The notes under the pieces: model-generated
What the model saw: only the letters and a program-made list of their open reading frames with translations
Databases searched by the model: none
Told to the model about the DNA's origin: nothing
DNA from: an uncultured Verrucomicrobiae bacterium
GTDB lineage: Bacteria; Verrucomicrobiota; Verrucomicrobiia; Chthoniobacterales; JAATET01
Reading direction: 5' to 3'
Assembly: GCA_963803825.1 (NCBI GenBank)
Contig: CAWDOJ010000003.1
Coordinates: 215,724 to 279,723 of the forward strand
Length of the DNA: 64,000 bases
Position numbers and translations under genes: made by a program
Shown here: in pieces, positions 33,622 through 43,764 of the stretch
Layout: the number at the start of each line of letters is the position of its first letter
How positions within the stretch are numbered: position 1 is the stretch's first letter

Positions 33622-34597
33622 CGTTGTCCAAGCCGCCGATGACACCACTCGTTCTACTGGTCGGATTCCTTGGAGCCGGGAAGACCACTTACCTGAGGGC
33701 GCTCATCCCGGCGCTGACGGCGGAGGGCCTGCAGCCGCACGTCATCATCAACGATTATCAGAATGCGCGCGTCGACGCCGAGCTGCTGCGCGAGTTGACC
33801 GATACGGTGGTCTCGATCAGCGGGAGTTGCGTCTGCTGCGGGTCGCGCGATGAATTGATGACGTCGCTCACGGCCTTCGAGCCCGGGCCGGGGCGGGTGG
33901 TGGTGGTCGAGACAAACGGGACAACGGACGCGGAGGCGCTGGTGGAATTACTCTCGCTCGAGCCAACCCTCGGCTCGTTGACGCAACCCATCCAGGTCTC
34001 GGTGATCGACACGAAGCGGTGGCAGAAGCGGTTTTGGCATAACTCCCTGGAGCTCGAGCAGACCCGGACGGCGGGCTACGTCTGGCTCTCGCGCTGGGAG
34101 GATGTGGACTCGAAACGCCGGGAGGCGGTCGGCGCGTCGCTGTCACGAAGCAAGGCGTCGTCGCGCCGCGGGTGAGCGCGGTCGAGATGGCGGCCAAGCT
34201 CCGCGAGATCGAGGGATCAGTCCGCGATGCGGTCGGGCGGGGGACGGTCTTTCGGGTGCACAAAGAGCGGAGTCACCGCCATGATCGGAGTCATTTCTCG
34301 TCGGTCCAGATCGACTTACCGCCCGTGGTCGAGCGGTCGGCGCTGGCGGCTTTCCTCGACGATCTGCCCCGGGAGGTGGTGCGGGTGAAGGGGCTGGCGC
34401 GGCTGGCGGATTCGCCGGAGGAGTTCCACGTCTTTCAAAGGGTCGAGGACGGTGAGACGCAGTGGCTGCCCATCGGGACCGAGTCCCGCGTCGATTCGCC
34501 GGTGGCCGTGCTCATCGGACCGGGATTGGACGAGGTCGCGCTGGGTGAGCGGGCGGCGGATATTTTTTCAGTGCCTGAAGCGGCATCTCCGGGGTAG
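33618..34597 (+). pseudogene. COG0523-family GTPase paralogue, split into two overlapping ORFs (frameshift near 34135, or a natural split at GTGA 34172)
   Basis: ORF 33618-34175 carries [21 protein letters not shown] and ETNGTTD. ORF 34172-34597 carries the CobW_C-like part. The frame of the second ORF, extended upstream, reads VAVTKQGVVAPRVSAVEMAAKLREIEG, which parallels LEWLNPRAVETSADRLADELRG of the 20880 paralogue. That favours a frameshift. Confidence 0.6.
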
Positions 34598-34610
34598 AAC
34601 GTCGCCCGTG

Positions 34611-35916
34611 ATGAGGCGCAGGTTTCCGATTTTTCGTCCGGCCATAGGCGTCGGTGCTGTTTTTCTTGGCCTCGTGGCTTGCGAGGAAAAGAAGCCACCG
34701 ACTCCCCCGCCGCCGCTCGTCGAGGTGATGACCGTGACCGCCGAGCGCGTGCCGCTCACCCACACCTGGGTCGGGACTCTCGACGGCGACGTGAACGCAA
34801 CGATTAGCGCGCAAGTGAGCGGCTATCTGCTCGAGCAGGTCTATCAGAATGGCTCGCTGGTCAAGAAGGGCGACGTGCTCTTCCGGATCGATCCCCGGCC
34901 CTTCGAGGCGTCGCTCGCCAACGCGCAAGGCAGCTCCGACCAAGCGCAGGCGCAGCTGACCAAAGACAAATTAAACGCCGACCGCTCAGCCGAGCTCTAC
35001 AAGAAAGAGGTCATCAGCCAGCAGCAATACGACGACACGCTGCAGCAATACCAAGCCAGCAAGGCCGCAGCGGACTCCGCGAAGGCGTCCGTGCAAGCGG
35101 CGCAGCTCAATCTCGATTTCACGGAGATCGTGTCGCCCATCGATGGGTTGTCGAGCATCGCATCGGCGCAGGTCGGGGACTTGGTCGGACCCTCGACCGG
35201 TGTGTTGAGCACGGTGTCGAAGGTCGATCCGATCAAGGTGAACTTTTCCGCCGCCGAGCAGGAATACATCAATTTCGCCGAGCAATTTTTCGACGACCCG
35301 TCGCAGTCCCCGATCGGCAAGACCGAGGGTGAGGGTGGCCTGACTGACTTAACGCTCACGCTGGCAAACGGGAAAATCTACCCGCGAGGTGGCAAGCTGA
35401 CGGCAGTGAGTAGTACGGTGAACGCCGGGACGGGGTCGCTCGCGATGCAGGGGATCTTCCCAAATCCTGGGAACCTGCTGCGTCCCGGGCAATTTGGTCT
35501 CGTCACGGCGGTCACGAAAGTCCTGCCCGATGGGATTGCGATTCCGCAGCGCGCGGTTGGCGACCTGCAAGGGATCAGCCGTATCGCCATCGTCGGACCA
35601 GGCAATAAGGTCACGATGAAAGCCGTGACCGATTGGCCCCACGATTGGCAGCCTCCAAGTCGTCGAGGAAGGGCTGTCGGCGGGCGACGTGATCGTGGTC
35701 GAAGGCTTGCAGAAGGTGAAAGACGGCGCCGTCGTTCGCACCCAGCCCTACGAGCTCGATCCCGAAGAGGCGGCTTCGCTCGCCCCTCCGGAGGGTGAGG
35801 CGGCGACCACCGATCCAGCGCTGGAGGCGGAGCCAACCGCGACACCCACTGCGGTGCCTGCGCCCAGCGCAGCGGCGACACCTGACGCTCCGGCGACACC
35901 CGCTTCGCAAGACTGA
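34611..35916 (+). pseudogene. RND efflux periplasmic adaptor (MFP, AcrA-like) lipoprotein, frameshifted as given near 35634
   Basis: Start at ATG 34611 (MRRRFPIF...LGLVAC, a lipobox). The sense frame ends at ...GNKVTMKAVTD. The next frame continues GPTIGSLQVVEEGLSAGDVIVVEGLQKVKDGAVV... to TGA 35916. The reading is gtg acc gat t ggc ccc acg. Confidence 0.8.
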
Positions 35917-38900
35917 TGTCCCGGTTTTTCATCAACCGGCCGATCGTCGCGATCGTCATCTCGATCATCTTGGTGATCCTCGGGCTGGTTAGCCTTCTGG
36001 GGCTGCCCATCGCGCAGTTCCCCAACATCGTGCCCCCGCAGATCCAGGTCGCGACGACCTACGTCGGGGCCGACGCGCTCACCGTCGAAGCCTCGGTCGC
36101 CACGCCCATCGAGCAGCAGGTCAACGGTGTTCAGGACATGGAATACATGTATTCCGTGAACTCGAACAACGGCCAGATGACGCTCAACGTCTTCTTCGGG
36201 GTCGATACCGACAGCACGACGGACCAGATCCTCACGCAGATGCGGCAGAATCAAGCGACGTCGCAATTGCCGACGGACGTGCGGAACTTTGGCGTGACGG
36301 TGAACCAAGCGACGTCCGCGCCGTTGATGATCTTCGCGCTGTCCTCGCCCGACAGCACCTACGACGCGACGTTTCTGGCGAACTACGCCTACATCAATCT
36401 CACGAACGATCTCTCCCGCGTCGAAGGCGTCGGGAACGTGAGTGTCTTCGGGGCCGGGCAGTACGCCATGCGTTTCTGGGTGCGGCCCGACGCGTTGGCC
36501 AAGCTCAACATCACCGCCCAGGAGATCATCAGCGCGGTGAACGCTCAGAATACCGTGAACCCCGCTGGGCAGATCGGGGGCTCGCCGGTGCCGGCGGGCC
36601 AAGAATTTACCTATTCGGTGATCGCGCAGGGTCGCCTCGTGACGGAGGAAGAATTCGGCAACATCATCATCCGCGAGAATCCCGATGGCTCCAACGTGAA
36701 GCTCAGCGACGTGGCGCGCATCGAGCTAGGGGCGCAGAATTACTCCATTCAGGGCCGGTTCAATGGCAAACCTTCGGCCGTGATCGCACTCTACCAGCAG
36801 GCGGGCTCGAACGCGCTCGATGCGGCGGCGGCTGCGCGGAAGATCATGGCTGAGGCGGGCGAGCGTTTCCCGACGGGTCTCGAATACACCGTGGCGCTGG
36901 ACACCACGCTGGCGGTGACCGAGAGCATGCGCGACATCGTGAAGACGTTGTTCGAGGCCATCGTGCTCGTCATCATCGTCGTCTTCATTTTCTTGCAGGG
37001 CTGGCGGGCGACGCTCATTCCGCTCATCGCGGTGCCGGTCTCGCTCATCGGGACGTTCGCGTTCTTCCCAGTCTTCGGATTCTCGGTGAATACGTTGTCG
37101 ATGTTTGGCCTGGTGCTGGCGATCGGTCTGGTGGTGGACGACGCCATCGTCGTCGTCGAGGCCGTCGAGCAGCACATCGAGAAGGGACTCTCGCCCCGAG
37201 ACGCGTCGTTCAAGGCGATGGAAGAGGTGCAGGGGCCGGTGGTTGCCATTGCACTCGTGATGATCGCGGTCTTCGTGCCGACGATCTTCATCCCGGGCAT
37301 CACCGGCGAGATGTATCAGCAATTTGCCGTGACCATCGCGGTGTCGGTCGCGATCTCGGCGTTTAACGCGCTTACGCTCAGCCCCGCGCTGGCGGCGATG
37401 CTGCTGAAGCCGAAGACGGAGTCGAACGGCCCCCTGGCTAAATTTTTCCGGATGTTCAACCGCGGCTTCGGCAAGGCGACCGACGGTTACGTCAAGACGT
37501 CGGGACTCCTGATTCGCAAGAGCATGATCACCCTGATCGCGCTGGCGATCCTGATCGCCGGGACGGTGGTGATGGGCGGGAAATTGCCGCCGGGATTCAT
37601 TCCGAACGACGACCAAGGATACGTCTTTGGGCTGGCGCAATTGCCGCACGCTTCGTCGCTCCAACGGACGGGCGAAGTCGCGACGCAACTCGAGAAGATC
37701 GTCGAGAACACCCCGGGTGTCGAAGCGGTGACGACCGTGCTGGGCTACGATCTCATGAGTCAGGTGACGATGACCTACGGTGCCTTCTTCTTCATCACGC
37801 TGGAAGAGTGGGGCGAGCGGCACACGGCGGACACGCAGGTGCCCGCGATCCTGCAACACATCAACCGTGAGTTCTCTCAGGTGCCGGGCGCGATGGCTTT
37901 CGCGTTCCCGCCGCCCGCGATCCCCGGCATCGGGACCTCGGGCGGAGCGACTTTTATCCTGCAAGACCGCTCCGGCGGGTCGGTCGAGTTCCTGGCTGAG
38001 CAGACGCAGACGTTCCTCGAAGCCGCTGCCAAACGTCCCGAGATCTCGCGGGTGACGACGACACTGTTGCCATCGGTGCCCCAGCTCGGTGTCGAGGTCG
38101 ACGTGCAGAAGGTGCTCAAGCAAGGCGTGCAGATCGAATCGGTCTACCAAACCTTGCAGGCATTTCTGGGCGGTGTCTTCATCAACTACTTCAACCGCTT
38201 CGGCCTCCAGTGGCAGGTCTACCTCGCGGCGGATGGCGATTTCCGAAACTCGATGGAGAATCTAGGACTCTTCTACGTGCGCAACGATGAGGGGGAGGCG
38301 GTGCCGCTGAGCGCGCTGGTGAACGTCGAGCCGCGGATGGGTCCGGAGTTCACGATGCGCTACAACATGTACCGCTCGGCTCAAATCAACGCGACCAGTG
38401 CCCCGGGCTACAGCAGTGGGCAATCGATGACCGCGCTCGAGGAGGTCTTTGCCGAGACGATGCCGCGCGAGATGGGATACGACTACGCCGGGATGTCGTT
38501 TCAGGAGAAACAGGCGGCGGAGGGCGTGTCGCCAGGCGTGATCTTCGGTTTGTCGCTGCTGTTCGTGTTTCTCATCATGGCCGCGCAATACGAGAGTTGG
38601 AGCCTACCCTTCAGCGTGCTCATGGCTACGCCGGTGGCGGTCTTCGGGGCGTTCGCGGCGTTGCTGCTGCGGCGTTTTCAAGCGGGCTATTACGAAAACG
38701 ACGTCTACACCCAGATCGGTCTGGTCATGCTCATTGGGCTGAGCGCAAAGAACGCGATCCTCATCGTGGAGTTTGCCAAGGCCGAGTTGGAGAAAGGAAA
38801 ATCGATCTACGACGCCGCGCTCGCGGGAGCGAAGCTGCGGCTGCGACCGATCCTGATGACGGCCTTCGCGTTCATCCTGGGTTGCGTGCCGCTTTGGATC

Positions 38901-39083
38901 GCGACCGGATCGGGCGCGGTGTCGCGCCGGATCCTCGGGACTGCGGTCATCGGCGGGATGCTGGCGTCGACGCTCATCGGCATCTTCCTCGTTCCCGTTG
39001 CGTTCTACGTCGTCGAGAAGTTGGTGGAAAAGCGGAAGAAGCGCTCCGAGCCGGCCTCGCCCGCGCCGATTCAGGCCGGGTAG
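35916..39083 (+). CDS. RND efflux permease (HAE1/AcrB family)
   Basis: 1055 aa. [17 protein letters not shown], a 12-TM architecture, [12 protein letters not shown] and [19 protein letters not shown] junction with the adaptor gene. Confidence 0.9.
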   Translation: MSRFFINRPIVAIVISIILVILGLVSLLGLPIAQFPNIVPPQIQVATTYVGADALTVEASVATPIEQQVNGVQDMEYMYSVNSNNGQMTLNVFFGVDTDSTTDQILTQMRQNQATSQLPTDVRNFGVTVNQATSAPLMIFALSSPDSTYDATFLANYAYINLTNDLSRVEGVGNVSVFGAGQYAMRFWVRPDALAKLNITAQEIISAVNAQNTVNPAGQIGGSPVPAGQEFTYSVIAQGRLVTEEEFGNIIIRENPDGSNVKLSDVARIELGAQNYSIQGRFNGKPSAVIALYQQAGSNALDAAAAARKIMAEAGERFPTGLEYTVALDTTLAVTESMRDIVKTLFEAIVLVIIVVFIFLQGWRATLIPLIAVPVSLIGTFAFFPVFGFSVNTLSMFGLVLAIGLVVDDAIVVVEAVEQHIEKGLSPRDASFKAMEEVQGPVVAIALVMIAVFVPTIFIPGITGEMYQQFAVTIAVSVAISAFNALTLSPALAAMLLKPKTESNGPLAKFFRMFNRGFGKATDGYVKTSGLLIRKSMITLIALAILIAGTVVMGGKLPPGFIPNDDQGYVFGLAQLPHASSLQRTGEVATQLEKIVENTPGVEAVTTVLGYDLMSQVTMTYGAFFFITLEEWGERHTADTQVPAILQHINREFSQVPGAMAFAFPPPAIPGIGTSGGATFILQDRSGGSVEFLAEQTQTFLEAAAKRPEISRVTTTLLPSVPQLGVEVDVQKVLKQGVQIESVYQTLQAFLGGVFINYFNRFGLQWQVYLAADGDFRNSMENLGLFYVRNDEGEAVPLSALVNVEPRMGPEFTMRYNMYRSAQINATSAPGYSSGQSMTALEEVFAETMPREMGYDYAGMSFQEKQAAEGVSPGVIFGLSLLFVFLIMAAQYESWSLPFSVLMATPVAVFGAFAALLLRRFQAGYYENDVYTQIGLVMLIGLSAKNAILIVEFAKAELEKGKSIYDAALAGAKLRLRPILMTAFAFILGCVPLWIATGSGAVSRRILGTAVIGGMLASTLIGIFLVPVAFYVVEKLVEKRKKRSEPASPAPIQAG

Positions 39084-39113
39084 GGCAAGCCGCTCTTCGT
39101 CGCGCGATCTGCG

Positions 39114-39557
39114 CTATTCGGAGACGTCCGTCACGACTTCGACGCCAAGCGCGGTGAGGGTCGCGAAGAGAACGCACCAAGGAATCACTCCGATAGCGAG
39201 GGCGGCGGTCAGTTTCCACTTTGGCGCGCCGAGCGAGAGACCGAGGAGGGCGCTGGCTTGGGGGCCGATGGTGACGGGCGCGATGAGGGCGAGCGCCCAG
39301 AGGCCGTAGCGGTCCCAGATGCGATAGAGGCGGGTCGAGCGGTCCGGGGTGGGCGAGACTTTGAGCTTTCGCATGAGCCAATCGCGCAGGGGCTCGCCGG
39401 CGAGGGCGACAACGAGACCGCCAGAAGCGTAGCCGATCCAGGCGATGATCGCCGTCGCGATCACCGGCAGGCCGAGCGCGGCTCCCGCCGGGAGAGCGCC
39501 GACAAAGTAAAAGAAGCCGAGACTCCAGACGGCGGCGATGGCTGCGATCAGCTGCAT
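39114..39557 (-). CDS. small membrane protein, small multidrug export (Sm_multidrug_ex/COG2426-like) family candidate
   Basis: 147 aa and 4 hydrophobic spans. The GALPAGAALGLP...GLWALALIAPVTIGPQASALLG pattern matches my recollection of that family. Confidence 0.5.
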   Translation of the reverse strand: MQLIAAIAAVWSLGFFYFVGALPAGAALGLPVIATAIIAWIGYASGGLVVALAGEPLRDWLMRKLKVSPTPDRSTRLYRIWDRYGLWALALIAPVTIGPQASALLGLSLGAPKWKLTAALAIGVIPWCVLFATLTALGVEVVTDVSE

Positions 39558-39620
39558 GGGGAAAGGATTAACAGAATTTTCAGAATTAAAAATCCTGCAA
39601 ATCCGATCCCGTGAATCTCG

Positions 39621-40313
39621 TCAATCCTGTCTGTCCATCAGGGCTAAAATCCGGGTCTGATTTTCGCCGTAGGTCAGAGCGTGGAATTGGCGGATCTCGT
39701 CGACACGGCGGGCGGCGGCGAGGCTTTCCAAGTAGTGGACGTAGGTCTTGGCCAGGCGGGTTGTTTCCGAGTAGCGGGCGACAAGTTGGGGATCTGCGTA
39801 GGCGGATGGGGTCTTGGATTCGAACAGGTGGTAGCGGAGCCACTTGCGGTCGCGGGCGGCGAGTTCCCCCGGCTTGCGGAAAAAAGTCATGAAAAGGATG
39901 AGGACGAGGTAGGTGTCGACCTGCGCTTGGAGCTCGAGGTTGCGGGCGTAGTCCTCGGTGCGGGTGGGTTCGGTGCCGTTTTGGAATTGGATGGCCGCGT
40001 GCAGCGCGTGGTTGATCTCTTCGACGAAGGCGATGAGTTCGCGGATGTTGTGATCGCCGAGCTCGGCGCGGGGGTCGTGGGCCTCGAGCTGCTCGATGAG
40101 CCAGGCGGAGTAGTAGATGCCGATGCGGAGCTGGCCGTCGGCCGCGCGGAGAAAAGTGCGGGCGTGGGCGGCAAGTTCGGCGGCCTGGGCACCGGCCAGC
40201 GCGGCGAGTTGTCGGGAGCGGTTCGTGTCGACGAGGCAGTCTTCGAGATTCACGCCGACGCCGACGTAGGTGCGTTCGAAGAGCGTCTGGATCTCGCGGA
40301 AGAGGGTGCTCAT
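39621..40313 (-). CDS. hypothetical protein (230 aa, predicted all-helical)
   Basis: Start at ATG 40313 (MSTLFREIQTLFERTY...). No motif recognised. Same strand as, and 104 nt downstream of, the 40417-41091 gene. Confidence 0.55.
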   Translation of the reverse strand: MSTLFREIQTLFERTYVGVGVNLEDCLVDTNRSRQLAALAGAQAAELAAHARTFLRAADGQLRIGIYYSAWLIEQLEAHDPRAELGDHNIRELIAFVEEINHALHAAIQFQNGTEPTRTEDYARNLELQAQVDTYLVLILFMTFFRKPGELAARDRKWLRYHLFESKTPSAYADPQLVARYSETTRLAKTYVHYLESLAAARRVDEIRQFHALTYGENQTRILALMDRQD

Positions 40314-40416
40314 GAGCTTTTGGTGGACAGGATTGACGGGATCATCAGGATTCTTGGTCGGAGCCTTCGGCTCAGAGCAACGGCATTTCAATCCTGAGAA
40401 CCTCGTTCATCCGGTC

Positions 40417-41091
40417 TCAATTTAATGGGTTGGAAATCGGGGTGTCGAAGTGGAAGAGCCGGGTGGCGAGGTCGTTGAGGGCGAGGCGGGCGTCGCGGAA
40501 GCCGGCGGAGAGTTCTTCAAAAATCTCGTTGAGTTGGAAGCGCCGCGCGTCGCGGTGGCTGGCGGCAGCGTGAAAGCTGGAGCTGCCGAGGCTATCGTAG
40601 AGCGAGAGGTCCGGCGCACCGCGCTGGGCGCGCTTGTCGATGTTGCCAGCGAAGACTCCGGCCAAGAAGAGGGCGGAGTTCGCCAGGTGCGCGCGGAGAC
40701 GGAAGGCCTCGGCGGGCGTTGCCTCACGGAGGGCGAGCAGGAGGTCGGACAAGTAGGGCGCGGGCGTTGCGGCGGTGCCGCGCCCGGTGTGCGAATACGC
40801 CTCGAGCATGGCGGCGATGTAGTCGGCCGCGTCGCGGCTGGAGACGCTCGTGTTCTTCAGGACTTTCCGGCAGAGGACGTAGAAATAGAGATGAGAGGAG
40901 ATGCGGAGGTTATCGACGGAGTCGAGGATCGCATCGGCAAGAGTGTCGTGCTCGAGGACCTCGTCGCGGCTGTCGGCGTCGAGGAGGAGATCGGCGAGCG
41001 AGACGGCGTCGCGCGGTGAGTGGCTGAGCGAGCGGACGATGAAATCAAAATCATCCGCAGTAAACCGGGCCCGACAATTGGCGTGAATCAT
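40417..41091 (-). CDS. hypothetical protein (224 aa)
   Basis: MIHANCRARFTADDFDFIVRSL... The composition is protein-like. No motif recognised. Confidence 0.55.
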   Translation of the reverse strand: MIHANCRARFTADDFDFIVRSLSHSPRDAVSLADLLLDADSRDEVLEHDTLADAILDSVDNLRISSHLYFYVLCRKVLKNTSVSSRDAADYIAAMLEAYSHTGRGTAATPAPYLSDLLLALREATPAEAFRLRAHLANSALFLAGVFAGNIDKRAQRGAPDLSLYDSLGSSSFHAAASHRDARRFQLNEIFEELSAGFRDARLALNDLATRLFHFDTPISNPLN

Positions 41092-41194
41092 TCCGGGTCC
41101 TTCGAGAAAGCAGGGGGCGTGCCAGTCGCTGGGGAGTCTCGAGCCAACTAAACGGGATTGACTGGGTTGACGCGATTGACTGGATTTTCCTGGG

Positions 41195-41693
41195 ATGGAG
41201 GTGGTGAGGTTGAATCGGCGGGCGGAGTGGGCGGCGTATCTTGCTTCTTGGCACGGGCGGGAGTGGGGGCATCTTTACGAGGATTGGGATGCGGGGGCGG
41301 CGTTGGCTGAGTTTCTAGCGGAGTCGGATGCGGGGTTGCCGGTGACTTTTGTGGTGGTGGAGAAGGGGCGGGTGGTTGGATCGGTGAGCGTCGTTTTTGG
41401 CGACATGCCGGGGGCACCGAAGGAATGGAACCCTTGGGTGGCGAGTCTGATCGTCGACTGCGAGATGCGGGGACGCGGGGTGGGGTCGCGTCTGATCGAG
41501 AGGGCGGTGGCGGCGGCGCGGGAGGAGGGGCACACCGAGATCTGGTGTCTGACGGAGGAGCGTCAGAAGCTTGTTCGAACGCGCGGGATTTGAGCGGTTG
41601 GCGGAGAAGGTGATGAACGGGTGGTCGGTCACGGTCCTGCGAAGAAATACCGATGCGTTTGAACAGAGGATCGCAAAGAGCGTCACGGGGTGA
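41195..41693 (+). pseudogene. GNAT-family N-acetyltransferase, frameshifted as given near 41570
   Basis: The acetyl-CoA site VDCEMRGRGVGSRLIERAV lies in the first frame, which ends ...ERQKLVRTRGI*. The next frame continues LFERAGFERLAEKVMNGWSVTVLRR... to TGA 41693. The reading is aag c ttg ttc gaa. Confidence 0.7.
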
Positions 41694-41783
41694 AGGAGGG
41701 GACGGCGTCCACTGACGCGGGTTGCCGACTCATTGTCTGGATCTTTTTGCTGCCTGTGCGACCTTCTGTTCAAAACCGCAACT

Positions 41784-43670
41784 TCACCGAGCGAGAATCG
41801 TTTCGACTGCTTCCGTGACTTCGTCGGCGGTGATGGCTTCCATGCAGCGGAAGTCGAGCGGGCAGTTCCGTTGGTAGCAGGGGGAACACTCGACTTGGTG
41901 CCGGATGACGATGTGGTGGTCGCCGAGGGGGCCGGTGAGGAGAGGTTCGGTGCTGCCGAAGAGCGCGACGCAGGGGACCCCGAGGGACGCGGCTAGGTGC
42001 ATCGTGCCGGTGTCATTGGTGACCAGAGTGTGGAGGCGCTGCAGCTCTTCGAGAAGCTGGGCGAGGGTGGTGCGGCCGGTGAGGTCTTCGACTTTGCCGT
42101 CGAAGCCTTGCAGGATGTCCGCGGCGACCGGGGTGTCGGCGGCGGTGCCGACGAGGACGAAGGTAGCGTCGGGATGTTTCGCCGCGAGCGCCTGCATGAC
42201 TTTGCGGAAGCGGGTGGGGTACCAACGTTTGGCGGGGCCAAACTCTGCCCCGGGGCAGAGGCCGATGCGGAGGGGACCGGTGGGCTTGGGGGCGGGGGGG
42301 ATAACGAGTTCGCCGCGCTTGGCTCCGACGCTGTCGGCCATGCGGAGATAATGGTGGGCTTGGTGGCGGGGCCACATGCGCTTTTTCTCCGGGCGGACGA
42401 TGTGGTTGAGCATCCACTTGCGGCTCTCGCCCAGGTAGCCAACGCGGCGGGGGATCCGGGCGAGCCAGGCTTCGAGCGCGGTGCGGGAGCTGTTGGGGAA
42501 GATGATCGCAACGTCGAAACGGCCGCGGATGCGCATCGCCACCTTAAACACGCCGGCGTCGGACGGAACGGCGATCACGTCGTGCACGCCGGGGACGGTG
42601 CGCCAGTAGTCGGCGAGTTTTTCCCGGGTGAGAATGGTGACCTTTGCGTCGGGGCGGCCGGCCGCAATCGCTCGGACGGCGGGGCTGCTCATCACGGCGT
42701 CGCCGAGCCAGTTGCTGGAGCGAATGAGGATGCGGAACGGTTTCAAGGTCGCGGGGTCGGTGGTGGGGGGAAGGTAGACGCCGCGTTTGGTGCGGGCGAG
42801 GAGGAAGTCGGGGTGGGGCGTCTTCCAGCGGTTGTGGACCCAGAACCAATCGGCGGGCGACTCGCGGATCTGGGACTCGAGCGCGGCGTTGATGTCAACG
42901 GTGAGCTGATCGGAGTCCTCCGGATCGTAGGGAATCGGCGGACGGATCGAGAGGCGCCATCGTGCGAAGCCGACCGTGAAGCAGGCCATCGGGACGACGC
43001 GGGCACCGGTGCGGGTGGCGAGCGTGGCGGACAGCGGAGAGGTCGAGGCGAGGGCGTTGAAAAACGGGATCCAGAGGCCGGAGTCGCCGGCGTGCTGATC
43101 GGTGAGGACGCCGACGAGATTGCCTTCCTTGAGGTAGGTGAGTGCTTTGGTGAGGCCGCGTTTGCGGTCGAGGGTGGCGGTGCCCTTGGCGCGGCGGTCG
43201 CTGTTGATGAGGTCGTCGAGCTTCTTGTTACGGAGGGCTTGGTAGATGGTGGCGGATTTCCAAGGGCGGGCGAGGTAGTTGGCCTGGGCGAGCAGTTCCC
43301 AGTTGCCGAGGTGGGAGATCGTGAGGACCACGCCCTTTCCGGCGGCTAGGCCATCGGTCATGTGCTCGTGGCCCTCGATGGTCATGTGCCGGGCAAGCTG
43401 CTTGTCGTTCATGACTGCGACCTTGAAGGCCGAGCAGGTGTTGGCACCGAGGGTGACGAAATGACGGAAGGTGAGGCGGCGGAGTTCGGCGGGTGATTTT
43501 TCCCCTGCAAAGGCCTTCGCCAGATTGGCGTGAGCCAGGCGGCGGTAGGGCGGGAGGGTGAGCCAGAGGACGGCTCCGAGGGCTTGGCCGAGCGCAAAGT
43601 TGACCGGGAGGGGCAGCGCGCGAATCGTGGTGACGACAGCGAGTGCGAATGCGTAAATGACCCGTTCCAT
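41784..43670 (-). CDS. fusion protein: lipid A late acyltransferase (LpxL/HtrB family) N-terminal domain plus GT9 heptosyltransferase (WaaF/RfaF-like) C-terminal domain
   Basis: Start at ATG 43670 (MERVIYAF...), 628 aa. The N-terminal part has ISHLGNWELL and VGVLTDQHAG...WVHNRWKTP. The C-terminal part has IRSSNWLGDAVMSSPAVRAI, GLCPGAEFGPAKRW and NDTGTMHLAASLGVPCVALFG. Confidence 0.8.
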   Translation of the reverse strand: MERVIYAFALAVVTTIRALPLPVNFALGQALGAVLWLTLPPYRRLAHANLAKAFAGEKSPAELRRLTFRHFVTLGANTCSAFKVAVMNDKQLARHMTIEGHEHMTDGLAAGKGVVLTISHLGNWELLAQANYLARPWKSATIYQALRNKKLDDLINSDRRAKGTATLDRKRGLTKALTYLKEGNLVGVLTDQHAGDSGLWIPFFNALASTSPLSATLATRTGARVVPMACFTVGFARWRLSIRPPIPYDPEDSDQLTVDINAALESQIRESPADWFWVHNRWKTPHPDFLLARTKRGVYLPPTTDPATLKPFRILIRSSNWLGDAVMSSPAVRAIAAGRPDAKVTILTREKLADYWRTVPGVHDVIAVPSDAGVFKVAMRIRGRFDVAIIFPNSSRTALEAWLARIPRRVGYLGESRKWMLNHIVRPEKKRMWPRHQAHHYLRMADSVGAKRGELVIPPAPKPTGPLRIGLCPGAEFGPAKRWYPTRFRKVMQALAAKHPDATFVLVGTAADTPVAADILQGFDGKVEDLTGRTTLAQLLEELQRLHTLVTNDTGTMHLAASLGVPCVALFGSTEPLLTGPLGDHHIVIRHQVECSPCYQRNCPLDFRCMEAITADEVTEAVETILAR

Positions 43671-43764
43671 GAAAAGTGATGCGGTCGGGGACAATAGGCG
43701 GGAGGTCGCGGCGACGGGAAGAAATTCCGATTCTGGGGGGAAAGCTGGGGGGAGCGGGCGACAG

